Source: Amoebidium appalachense (Eukaryota; Protista; Ichthyosporea). Taken from it: 64,000 nt of DNA. Within the stretch, counting starts at the first letter, position 1, and each line of letters begins with the position of its first letter. A model generated the notes under the pieces. The model was not told the DNA's origin, did not search any database, and was given only the letters and a program-made list of their open reading frames with translations. The translations under genes and the position numbers were made by a program. Below are positions 37,254-49,531 of this stretch, one piece after another. The DNA is taken from assembly GCA_963693365.1 (NCBI GenBank), contig CAVNZM010000010.1, positions 3,780,159-3,844,158 of the forward strand, read 5' to 3'.

Positions 37254-38271
37254 GGTGGGTGGGCGGGGGGGGGGGGGGGGGGGGAGGGGGGGACGGGGGG
37301 CGGGGGGAGGGGGGGAGGGGGGGAGGGGGAGGGAGGGGGGGGGGGGGGGGAGCTGCTGTTCAGTGTCCGTGCCGGACTGGGCACGGTGCATTACGTGCGA
37401 AAGGATGTGTGCGCAGGGTGTGTGTGTGTGCGGCATGTGTGAGCGCTCGTTTGCGTGTGTTTATACGTGGGAGTGTGCTGTGGGCACCGGTCAGGACGGG
37501 TTCGTGTGTGTGTGTGCGCGCACACGTGTGTGTGTTGTGTGACTGTGTAGGCGCACGGGCGCGCTTGTCTGTGTACGTATACATGAGTGCGCGTACATGC
37601 AGGTGTACACAAATGCGCACGTCCCTGCGTGGGTGCGTGGGTGTGTACGTGCATTTGTGTGCTTGTTGTTGTGTGTGTATGCACGTGTGCGTTCCTCTGT
37701 GTGTCCCTAGTGGTGTGTGTGTGTATCAAGACACATTTATGAGAGGCTAATATTAGGTGGTATGTCATATGATCTCGTATGTATGTACCGGGTACGTGCG
37801 ACGCGCGCTTGTGTATTGTGTGGAAGTGACCGAGCTCTTTGGATCTATCGCAAGTTGCAGAGAGAAAGTGAGGCTAGGGGAAATAAGAATTGGGGAGAGG
37901 TTTTGGGGGTCACTGAGAGCCTTACCAGTGATATATGGTTAGACAGATGGTAGAGGGAAAAAAGAGGTTCTGAACTGTTTGAGGAGGAAAATTCAATACA
38001 GGAACATCAACTTCTGAAGGAGGACGGGGGGGGGGGGGGGAGGAGGGGGGGCGTGGATGATGAAATGGGTCGCCGCAAGTTGTGTGGGCTGGTTTAGTTT
38101 CAAGTGTACATGGGGTTAGCCATATTGCGTGCTGTGGGAGGGACGTTGAGCTGTGGATGGGCATGGAGGCAGGCAGGCACTTATTCGTGTGTGTGTGTAT
38201 GTGTGCGTGTGTGTGTTTGTTTGTGTGTGTGTGTGCATGCACAAACCCAGATCTAGAAGTTTGTGTGCGCG

Positions 38272-38370
<99 letters not shown>

Positions 38371-38419
38371 GATGCATGGTGTCGGTATGTGCGAGTGTGC
38401 GAGTGTGTGTGCGTGTGCG

Positions 38420-38501
<82 letters not shown>

Positions 38502-38578
38502 ACGGTGTCGGTGTGTGCGAGTGTGCGAGTGTGTGTGTGCATGTGTGTGTGTGTCTGTGTGTGTCTGTGTGTGTCTGT

Positions 38579-38647
<69 letters not shown>

Positions 38648-38696
38648 CGCGCGTGCGTCACGTGTGTGTGTGTACACGGAAGGCAGACCCGCCCCC

Positions 38697-38778
<82 letters not shown>

Positions 38779-38944
38779 TCCCTCTCTCTCTCCCCGTCTC
38801 TCTCTCCCCCCCCCCCCCCTCCCCCTCCCCCCCCCCCCCCCCGTCCCCCCACCGTCTCGTTCAAAAAAAAAAAAAAGATAAAAAGAAAGGGCCTTGAAAA
38901 GAAGAAGACTTATCTTGGGAGGGAAGAGGGGGGAAGAGGGGGGG

Positions 38945-39377
38945 GAGGGCCCAACCACATCGGCTGCGCCAACTTGCTCCGAGAAGAATTATTCTGCCAA
39001 AAGCAGAATTATTCTGTATAAAGCAGAATTATTTTGCTTACGGCAGACTTATTCAGCAAAGGCAGAAATATTCTGCAAAGGCAGAATAAATATCAGCTAA
39101 AAGCAGAATTATTCTGCAAAAGCAATATCAGTCTGCTAAAAGCAGAATCAATCTGCCAAAAGCAGAATTATTCTGCTTTTAGCAGAATTATTCCGTTAAT
39201 AGCAGAATTGTTCCGCTAAAAGCAGAATTATTCTGCTAAAGGAGAATAATTCTGCTGTCGAAAGCAGAATTTTAGCTGAATAATTATGCTCAGAGCAGAA
39301 TAAATCTGCAAAAAGCAGAGACGTGATTCTGCTTTTGCGGAATAATTCTGCTAAAAGCAGAGTGATTCTGCTTTCAC

Positions 39378-39410
<33 letters not shown>

Positions 39411-40081
39411 CACGTTTGCCCAGCGAGGCGTAGCCTCGCCATATGGGGTTAACGTTTTCTCTACACCTCAGTGGAAGTCTAGGATCACAATGTAAGGGCT
39501 GTGCAGTTCCTATGTCTAAACGGGTGGAAGCGCCTTCTTCTTTGCTTCCGGAATACGTTAGGGGCACAGCGTAGATCCGCGGCACAAACATAGACTTGAA
39601 GCCTTGACAAGGCCCTGCGGGGAGACATCTATCCCAGGAGAGCTGACCCGAACCGTAGCCTTCGGCCCGAATCGTCGTCCCTGCTGATCTGGGCGGGATG
39701 AAAACCCCCGGAGCACGCCTGCGGGTGACGTCATATGCGCACGCGGGCCGGGCGGCACGACAAGTCGAGAGCGTGGGCCGCGGCGAACCGCAACTCGGGC
39801 CGGAGAAGAACTTCTTGCAGACAGGCGGACTCAATGCTGACTGGGTGTTGTCGAGGGGGTGGCCAGATCGATGGTCTGCATGAGCCCCAAGGAAAAAAGC
39901 TGTCGCTACCGGGTTTCGAATGCTAGGCATCAGACTTGTTTCTGTTTTCACAGAATAGCTCTGCAAAAAGCAGAACAATTCTGCTTTTTGCAGAACAATT
40001 CTGCTTTTTGCAGAATGATTGCGCATTTGCAGAATAATTCTGCTTTTTGCAAGTTGACTCTGCCGATGTGGTTGGGCCCTG
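38945..40081. mobile_element. Non-autonomous hAT-like/foldback MITE with ~32-bp TIRs and an internal array of palindromic ~20-bp units (AAAAGCAGAATTATTCTGCT), interrupted by a SINE
   Basis: agggcccaaccacatcggctgcgccaacttgc (38946-38977) vs gcaagttgactctgccgatgtggttgggccct (40049-40080). 8-bp flanks aggggggg / aggggtgg (weak evidence, since low complexity). Right end reads CAGGG on the minus strand. Confidence 0.8.
39380..39939 (-). mobile_element. Second SINE related to the 36.5-37.1 kb element, 5'-degenerate, with poly(A) tail, inserted in the MITE
   Basis: T run 39380-39410. Shares cacaaacata..gacttgaa, cccagga..gctgacccgaaccgt.gcc and gggggYggccagaYcgRtgg blocks with SINE1. B-box-like ATTCGAAACCCGG. 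Imperfect 14-bp TSD ttctgYtttcacag. Confidence 0.8.
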
Positions 40082-40342
40082 AGGGGTGGGGGTGGGGGGA
40101 GGGGGGGGGGGGGGGGGAGGGGGAGGGGGAGGGGGGCGGGGGGGGGAGACAAGATACACACCAGACACACGCCCACACATTCAAAGAGAAGTTGCTTTTC
40201 TGCAAATGGCACACACAATAGTAGATAGAGGATGATTATGTGTGCAAGTTACACATATGGAAAACGAATTATACTCAGTCTTCGGTTTGCTTTGTGCAGA
40301 TGCTGAAAGATTTATTTACTAATGGTTTTTTTTTTTTTTGCG

Positions 40343-40382
<40 letters not shown>

Positions 40383-40509
40383 CCCTACCTCCCCCAGCCG
40401 GACTGTCCGTCCACCCATCCGCCCGAACTCTCGGTAAACAGTCTCTGGTATTACGTATCATGGCACGCTCATCATGATGGCTGACGCTAATAACGTTCAA
40501 GTGTTCGAT

Positions 40510-41282
40510 TCAAATACTGCCACCACCGCCACCACAATCACTACCACCACCGCCGCTACCACCACCACCACCACCACCACAATTACTGATTATAAGGCCA
40601 CCTCCGAGGCCTGCACAAGAGGAATCATGGCCTCCGCTGTAGCTATAATAACCCCAGTTGCCCCTACTAACACCGTTGCCACCAGTTCTTGCGCCACTAC
40701 TATAGTAACACTTCTCCCATTTCTGTCGTTAGAAGAAGATTGCATTTGCGAGCTTGAGCTACTGCATGTGTTCTGCATGTGAACGGTTGGCGTGACTCTG
40801 TTTCTGAACTAGCACCGTGCGCAGTGACTGTCCCACGATCGGCGCTCATAGCACGTACCTGTATTGTTCGCGACGACGTCCGTGTACGGGGGTGGGCATA
40901 CAGCGCAGTTGTTCTCATTGTGTTGCACACACAGGCTCGGGTGATAGGCAGGCAGTTGTGTGTCTTGGGGTAAGGTGTGCATCCTCACAGCAGACACACT
41001 CTCGCCATCATTTACAGCCAACAGTCCGGGGTCCTGGGTGACCGTCACCTTTTTTCTTTTCGCTAACTGAATGAGCTTGTACGTGCCGTTAGCAAGGAAT
41101 GCACCGGCTCCCGCAAAGGTAAAAAAGGCTGGAAGGAATGCCCCAATACCATTGCCCTTGCTTTGTTTGTTAGATACGATGGTGTTTACTGTGCCAATGG
41201 TCGCGAGAATTACGCCCACAACAATCATGCCGATGGTGGCAGCCGCTCCGCGAGTCGAGTTGTCACACTTGGAGCTGGTCAT
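40510..41282 (-). pseudogene. Frameshifted/truncated paralog of the 2-TM PPxY protein at 45273-46064
   Basis: 157-aa ORF with two hydrophobic helices and HPSLCVQHNENNCAVCPPPY. Homology continues past the TAG at 40809 in shifting frames (QNTCSSSSSQ, Gly-rich tail). Confidence 0.65.
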
Positions 41283-42019
41283 GTTAGTTTAAAAGTGCAA
41301 CAGGAATTCAACTATGGGAAAGACTTCACCGTTCATTCAAGAAAACGTCTATCATCTATAGCTAGGTCTAGTGTCAATTAAATCATGGCCCTTTTCAGTG
41401 GGTACTATTGTATACTCTATATATATATAGCTGCCGTTTTGTAAAACTCAAAACCTTCTGTACATGCTTGTTGCAATGCTTCGAAACCGATTTATTTACA
41501 CATAGGGGATTCATAAGATCCATATATGGTCGATTTATAGATAGGGGACTATAGCTATTACAGGCACACATGTAAAGGGTATATTGATCAATATGCCTAT
41601 AGGTGTTCAAATTGCGATTGGTCGTATCTGGTGACAGAGTACTCACTATGCTGCAGCAAGGATCTGCCGCTATATGAGAGGTGAATTGGGATTTTGTGCC
41701 CATTTGAACTCAATTATGACGGCTTATTTTAAAAAGGTTGCCAGTACACTAATGGAAAATGTAATACATGCAGTTTGAACTCGCACATGCACACGTGCTT
41801 GCAATTGCAATTAATGTTGTATGCATCTTGCTAGGCAGAATTATCTATGTAGCCATGGCGTGGGAGCTGTAGGTATAGGAAATTCTTGAAGTGGGTTATA
41901 ACAGATGCACTGCCATATATCTGGGCGTGATGGGATGGTTATGATACACGTGTTCAGTTGGACTTACCAGGCCGTATGACAGCGAGCTTGCATATCTCAG
42001 GACAGATCTACGTAAACAT

Positions 42020-42238
42020 ATGCATACGTATGTAACACAAAACAGTATCATGGCATATCTTAAATGCTGCCTGGGTTGATACCCAGGGCAAAGTGTGTAC
42101 ATATAGTTAGGACTGTTATAGGTGTGTTAGTTTAGCTAATAGCATCGTAGCACCCTAGCTAGAGTACTGTCGGTGCTGGGTGGAAGACGGCAGTTCCCCC
42201 TGAGGGTCCCTAGGGGCACCTCCGGGAACAAAACGGGA

Positions 42239-42270
<32 letters not shown>
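42020..42270 (+). mobile_element. 5'-truncated retro-element 3' end with poly(A), homologous to the SINE1 tail
   Basis: ggtggaagacggcagttccccctgagg..ccgggaacaaaacgggataaatt(A)n vs SINE1 ggcggaagacggtaagctcccctgagg..ccgggagtgaaacgggata(A-rich). 5' boundary approximate. Confidence 0.75.
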
Positions 42271-42732
42271 TAGATGCTGCCTGACGACCAGTATTATAAT
42301 TATTACCGATATAACGTATGTTGCTGAAACATGCTAACATAATTTTTTTTCCTAGTAATTGAGTCGCCGTGCGGTCCGTCTCGCACGGGTCCGTGCCCGT
42401 GCCGCCCACCTCTGACTTGCACCATGATTTGCACTCACTCGAATAGATTCACAAACACCAATCAAAAACATAGATCTAAGATCCGGGAGTCACCAAAACT
42501 CCGGTTTGACTTAATTTGACTGGAAGTCGTGACTTCGGGGAGTCTGACTTCAGGTCACGACTTAAGTGAGTCATTGCTAATATGTTTCACCTTTCCGGCC
42601 GAATATGGCCTTGCTCTCATGACTGCAGGCGGCCGTGAGTATACGTGCACAGGGGAGGAGTGGGGAGGGGGGAAGGGGGAGGGGGGGGGGGGGGGGGGAG
42701 GGGGGAGGGGTAGAGGGAGGGAGGGAGTGGGG

Positions 42733-42766
<34 letters not shown>

Positions 42767-42844
42767 CGTCTTAGCGGTCACATGTGGGTAGGTACAAACA
42801 CGCAGAGCAGCTTATGAGAAATCTGGAGACGTCGACACACACAA

Positions 42845-42971
<127 letters not shown>

Positions 42972-42977
42972 TGCACG

Positions 42978-43008
<31 letters not shown>

Positions 43009-43033
43009 CGTGGCACACACACACACACACACA

Positions 43034-43072
<39 letters not shown>

Positions 43073-43271
43073 GCACACACACACGCACGGACACGCACAC
43101 ACACACGTGTACACATACACACACACATACATCACACAAAAAGCAAGGAGAGAGAGAGCGTGCGAGAGAGAGAGAGGGCGAGAGAGAGAGAGAGAGGGGG
43201 GGGGGGGGGGAGAGAGAGAGAGAGAGAGAGTGTGTGTGTGTGTGATTGAGAGAGAGAGAGGAGGGGGGAGG

Positions 43272-43350
<79 letters not shown>

Positions 43351-43473
43351 AATAGCTTATGAATCATTTTTAAAAAAAAAATAAAAATAAGGGGCTACCA
43401 AGGCTGGGGGGAAAATAAGATAACAGGGAAGGAGGGAGGGGACGGGAGGGGACGGGAGGAGGAGGAGGAGGGA

Positions 43474-43504
<31 letters not shown>

Positions 43505-43614
43505 AGGGGGAGGGCTTCCACGGGTGCAAATTCAATGAAATGTACCAGCTTGCAGTTCTTTTAGGAACTTCCGGAACCCTTTGCTTCGTAGGTTATAACG
43601 CACGAAAAAGGGTA

Positions 43615-43825
<211 letters not shown>

Positions 43826-44450
43826 TGCATGTGTAACACTAGCTGTGTGCTCGTTTTTCTTTGTGTGTGCCAGCGCGCACGTGCGTATGCAAAAAAAAAA
43901 AAACATCAAGAATTAAACAGTCAGCTGCAGGTGAAAAGGACCAAAATAATTATGAATGTGCTGAAAGCCAAACCAGAGTTTCTGAACCTCTCTTCCATCA
44001 TAGAGGCAACTAGTCTCATTTAAAGACACGCCATTTTCAAAGCAGAAACAGAAAAAATGCAAGTCAACGATCACTGGGCTTTGCATGATCTCGAGCCTCC
44101 GGATCCAAAATTTTGGGATACTCCATGCATGTGTGTCGCCCTGCTAATTAGGCTGCCCACTCTTTGGCAGCCTGCAGGCAGCATAGAAACAGGGTGTCGT
44201 GCAGACAGTTCACGGCATCCCACGCACATACAGGTGATATCCATCCCCCCCCCGCCCCCCTCCCCCTTCATCTCCCGGGGGACCCTTTTTTGGTTCCGGG
44301 GGGGGGGGGGGGGGGGGAGGGAGGGGGGAAGGTGTGCAAGAATGCGATGGAAGTGGGAAAGGCCCCCTGGTGGAGGGAGGAGATGGGGGAAGGGTCGGGC
44401 AGCCCTGGGCCCCCCCTTCCCCCCCCCCAGCACACAAACACACACACACC

Positions 44451-44497
<47 letters not shown>

Positions 44498-44505
44498 GCA
44501 CACAC

Positions 44506-44548
<43 letters not shown>

Positions 44549-44595
44549 ATCATAATGCACATGCAATCAGACATACGTACGCAAGCACACACACA

Positions 44596-44664
<69 letters not shown>

Positions 44665-45272
44665 GGACACGCACGCAGGCACACGCACACACGCACACAT
44701 AGTGACACACACACACAGGCAAACACACACGTACACCTCTTCAAGTTTAAACTACTCAACCCACACCCCTTTGCAGCATGCGGTATGTACTGTTTAACCA
44801 TACGATAGCGCCTTTTTATAATTTCTGATGCCTCGTTTAGGTTTGTCAGGTTGTGGAGAGTGCGTGATATTACAGAAGAACGACAATCCCAAAAAAGAAA
44901 GGTTAGGTAGGGGGGTGGTGGTTTCGGGGGGATTGGGGGGGGGGGGGGGGGGGGAGGAGGGGGGGCAGGAGGAGGGAGGAGGGAATTACTGTAGCGGCAC
45001 AAAAGAAAAAAAGAATCTGATGGCAAGTATTTCTGATCTCTGCATAAAGATAATCATTTCATACTCGGCCGTGATCAGGATACCACGGTTTATGTCAGTA
45101 TAATTACACGTACATCGGTAAACCTCTCGTTGCACACTTTTCCAAGGCTCGTGTACATATCTCGTACAGTAGCCTGCACCACAGGGGCATTTTCATTAAG
45201 CAAACTTATCGAATCATTGATTAAAATTGAGTGTTTCAAATTAACACCACGTCTTCAACATGACTGTACACA

Positions 45273-46064
45273 TCAATCACTCGAACTCGAACCACCACCA
45301 CCACCGCTATCACCACCACTGCTGCTACCACCACTATCACCACCACTACTACCACCAGCACCACCATAATCACCACCACTACCACCACCACCACTACCAC
45401 TAGTACTATCGGTAAAGCCATCACCTACATAAGAGGAATCATGGTTACTGCTATGACTAAAGCTCCCACAGAACAACTCGAAGCCGTCGTCGCCAGTTCT
45501 TGTGCCACGGTGACTTCTCCCATATCTGCCATTGGAAGAAGACAGCCTTTGGGAGCTTGAGCTACTGCATGTGTTCTGTATGTGCACTGTTGTGTGTGGC
45601 TCTGTTTTGGGGCAGTGTGCGGTCCTACGGTCGGCTGAACGTGTATTGTTCGTGACGACGTCCGTGTATGGGGGTGGACATACGGCACAGTTGTTCTCGT
45701 TGTGTTGCATACACAGGCTTGGGTGCACGTGATTGGCAGGCATCTGGTCATGGCCATGGGGTACTGTGTGCATGGCCACAGCGGACGCATCATCCTCGCA
45801 GTTGTTTACGTATACGGTAGCCGCTCCGCAGGTACCGGTCGCCTTTTTTTCTCTCGATAACTGAACGAGCATGTATGTGCCTCTGCCAAGGGATGCAGCA
45901 GCGCCAGCAAAGGTGACCACTCCAATACATGGCATGAGCCCTCCCACTGCGAAAAGGCCAGTGTCTCTAGTCATAATGAGACCGGCTGTGCCGAAGATCG
46001 TGAGAAGAACTCCCACAACAATCATCTTCACAGCGGCCCGTCGACGAGTACTAGCTGGCGCCAT
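45273..46064 (-). CDS. Intronless 263-aa membrane protein: two N-terminal TM helices, Cys/His motif, PPPY motif, Gly/Ser-rich tail
   Basis: Open ORF conserved at the amino-acid level with its upstream paralog. Confidence 0.75.
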   Translation of the reverse strand: MAPASTRRRAAVKMIVVGVLLTIFGTAGLIMTRDTGLFAVGGLMPCIGVVTFAGAAASLGRGTYMLVQLSREKKATGTCGAATVYVNNCEDDASAVAMHTVPHGHDQMPANHVHPSLCMQHNENNCAVCPPPYTDVVTNNTRSADRRTAHCPKTEPHTTVHIQNTCSSSSSQRLSSSNGRYGRSHRGTRTGDDGFELFCGSFSHSSNHDSSYVGDGFTDSTSGSGGGGSGGDYGGAGGSSGGDSGGSSSGGDSGGGGGSSSSD

Positions 46065-47599
46065 GTTGAGTAGCTGGTGCTGGATATGGTCGACTACTAT
46101 AATATAGCTAAACCTTATGTAAGTTTTTAGTTCACTAGTTAAAGTTTAGCCTGTTGCTTAGAAAGTATTTAAGTGAGACTAAAAGTTTATCTAGCTCTAC
46201 AACGGCCCAAAATTTATTGATTCCCCATGGTGGGCATCCGCCTCTCCTGCCCTATGGGCTTCGCCCTTCGCCAGAGTAGACTTTTTCCTACGGCGGCGGG
46301 AGGGCACAGTTCTCAGAACGTGCAAGACACTCACATGAAGGGTAGGCGGGAGTCGTGGGTCGACATGTGCTAGCATTGATCCGATGCCACTAATATTGAT
46401 TGCTGCATTGGGTTTTTATATCCCCGGTGACCTATATAGCTCGCGAGCTCAAGTATGTGTATGCATGAAGTCATAGATGGAAGCTCCCTGCCACACGATA
46501 GGACAAGTAAGACTAATTTATCTGATTATGATGTAAGGCTACTGTATCCGTACACTCGAATATTTGGTACAGTCTGACCCACGTCCCCGAGGTGTACATG
46601 TATGTACACCGTATGTACATGATAACCGCCTCCGAATATTTGGGAGTATTTTAAAGGCGAATGAATACACATACGCATGCAGGAGTAGAACGGAATTTCT
46701 GGTAGTAATTGATAGTAGATATTGGCATATAGCCAGTCAAGCCGTTACATCATGAATACACGTCTCCGGATCCGTAACCAAGTTGGACTAGGCACTGAAG
46801 TTCGAGAATGGTCTCGAGATCTCAGCGGAAATTGAAATGTTGGTCTCAACCCTTCTAACATAAGTACAAAGTAGGCCTAATGTTATGGTCTATAATCTAT
46901 ATATAAAAATGTACATACATGTGAAGATTTGTTTTATTTTTAGACTGCCCAGGCGGGAGCTATTGCCATGATGAGTTGTGTTGACTTGGCCGAGTCAGCT
47001 CAATAGCACCATTTATTTGCACTCGCTCAAATAGATGTTTCATAATCCAATCAAAGGAATGGATCTATATTGTTATTAGATCTTCTTGCATTCGAATTTG
47101 AAAAAGTTCGTGACGGAACTTGATATGTTCAACACAGAAGAGAAAATCTTTTCTTTATTTTTTGCGCTGTGTGCTTATTGTCAGAAAGGCACGTGCATTA
47201 TAAGCACATGTATACTAATCGGTGCGTGCATATTCATACATAATTAAATCACAATGCCACGTACGTACACACATTGACCATGCATATGATCATACTGCGG
47301 AGCTCAATCCAGTGTCTAATCCAGTGCACGTGGTGGCAAAAGTTGCCGCCAGTGGCCCCAGTGGCCCAGTGCCCGACATGACGTAATGATGAGTGCACGC
47401 TTGAGTCATACATTCCCGTTCACTGGATTGTACTATAAGTTCTAGATCTTTGTGCTCTAGGTTAAATGCATATGCTTCATTTGTCAGATGTCGGCGTCTC
47501 TCGCCGCCCCCTCCCCCCTCCCCCCCCCCCCCCTCCCCCCAGGCCTTCAGGATCTCCAACTCATCGAAATCGTGCATGGGCCATGGCCTCTGGCAACAC

Positions 47600-47850
47600 G
47601 CAAACAAATTATGCATGTGAATATAGTATGTATCGTTATTTACATAACAACGCTACCCACCGGCGAGGCTTCCGTGAAAATTCTGGGCCAAGTGAGTATA
47701 CAAACAGCTAGGATTAATAGTGGTAAAAAGTGTATTAGCTTAGCTGATGGCACCGTAGCACCCTAGCTAGCAGTATGTATAGTCGATGCTGGGTGGAAAA
47801 CGATTCTCTGAGGGCCTATAGGGGTCCATCCGGGAACAAAACAGGATTTT
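47600..47850 (+). mobile_element. Second, more diverged copy of the same retro-element 3' end
   Basis: cgtagcaccctagctag..tgctgggtggaaaacg..ctgaggg..ccgggaacaaaacagga matches 42145-42240. 5' boundary approximate. Confidence 0.7.
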
Positions 47851-47853
47851 TTC

Positions 47854-47892
<39 letters not shown>

Positions 47893-47949
47893 GCATAACA
47901 AAACGTACAGAAACACATAAACTGTTCCAGACATCAACATACACACACA

Positions 47950-48348
47950 CCCACACACACACACGCACGCACGCACGCACACGCACGCACGCACACGCAC
48001 ACACGCACGCACGCACGCACGCACGCATGCGCACGCACGCACGCACGCACACACGCACGCACACACGCACGCACGCACGCACACACACACACATGTACAC
48101 ATGCATATGTCACGGAACTTCAAGGCACACGCACAGATCTGTGCTGCAGTTGCCCACCAGAAAAAGAAAAAGAAAAAGAAGAAGAAAAAGAACGAGAGAA
48201 GAGTGAGGGCTGGGGGGAAAGGAGCTTTTTTTAGAAAAAAAAATTTTAGGGGGGGGGGGGGGGTGGTCTCTCTCTTTCTTCCCCTCTTTCTTTTTCTTTT
48301 TCTTTCTTTCTTTCTATTTTCTTTCTTTTTTTTTTTTTGGAAAGGTTG
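47950..48348 (+). repeat. Direct repeat copy 1 (~400 bp including microsatellite), duplicated at 54552-54958
   Basis: catgtacacatgcatatgYcacggaacttcaaggcacacgcacagatYtgtgctgcagttgccc..gaagagtgagggctgggggRaaaggagc..ggaaaggtt in both copies. Confidence 0.9.
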
Positions 48349-49382
48349 GAGGGGGGGGGGGGGGGGGAAGGGGGGGAGGGGGAGGGAGGGCGGGGGGAGG
48401 GGGCTCCTATCTCTGCACCCCCCCCCCCCCTCCTCCTCAACCCCCTTCCTCAACAACAACAACTACTAACGGGAAAAAAAAAGAAAGAAAAGAAAGAAAG
48501 AGAGAGAGGAGGTATGTGTGTGTTATGTGTGTATCTGTGTGTGTGTGTGTCTGTGTGTGTGTGTGGAGGGGGGGGGGGAGAGAGAGAAAGAGAGAGGGGG
48601 GGGGGGGGGGAAGGAGGGGGGGGCGCGCTGCTGTCTCAGAGTTCGAATTCAGGTGATGCATATACATTGCAGTGCCGCGTATCGAATTGGGAGCCTCTGT
48701 TGATTATCACGGCGTCAAGTTGTGATTGTGGATCAGTATAACTGTTTACATGTATGAGTACCACATTGTTTGTTTGAATTTGTTAGGTGTGTCCCGTCGT
48801 GTGAGATCTGGAGGAGGAAGGGCGGTTGGGGGGAGGGAGAGGGGGGGGGGGGGGGGGAGGGAGGGGGGAGGGGGAGAATGGGGGGGGGGGGGGGGGGGGG
48901 AGGAATTCGGGGGCAGGTGAGGATATGTGTGCATGGTGGCACCGTACATGCTGGGATGCCAGCTAATGGTTAGCGTATGTAGCTATAGTAGGTTCGAATT
49001 TCCGGACCAAAGTTTTGAATTTCTAGAAAAATCTGCAGAAACCACACCAATAATAAATTCATTTCCGAATGATGAATACAACAACGTTCGTAATCGTGGT
49101 GTGTGTGTATGTGCGTACTTGGTATGTAATTAATTGGAGGACATTGGAGGACAGGAGAAGATGAAGGAATGGGAGGTAATTACTTAGGGGGTTTACGCTG
49201 TTTACTCGAGGCAAAGAGAACCAGTCTCAGGTATGGGGGGGGGGGTTTTGCTCGGAATATCCCCTCAGCGGTATATCATGATCACGTACATAGATGTCGG
49301 GTGGTGACTATATATCAGGGTTTACTTTCTCTACGAGACACCATAAAGACTACAAGGAGAAATCAATTAGTTGGGGTTCCCC

Positions 49383-49426
<44 letters not shown>

Positions 49427-49458
49427 GGGCTCCCCTCGGGACACTCGGTATCAGCTGG

Positions 49459-49511
<53 letters not shown>

Positions 49512-49531
49512 TGTGTGTGTGTGCGCGTGCG

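Noticed and set aside
38985-40050. CRISPR-like palindromic repeat array
   Set aside because: No unique spacers, no cas genes, eukaryotic context; bounded by TIRs, so a MITE interior
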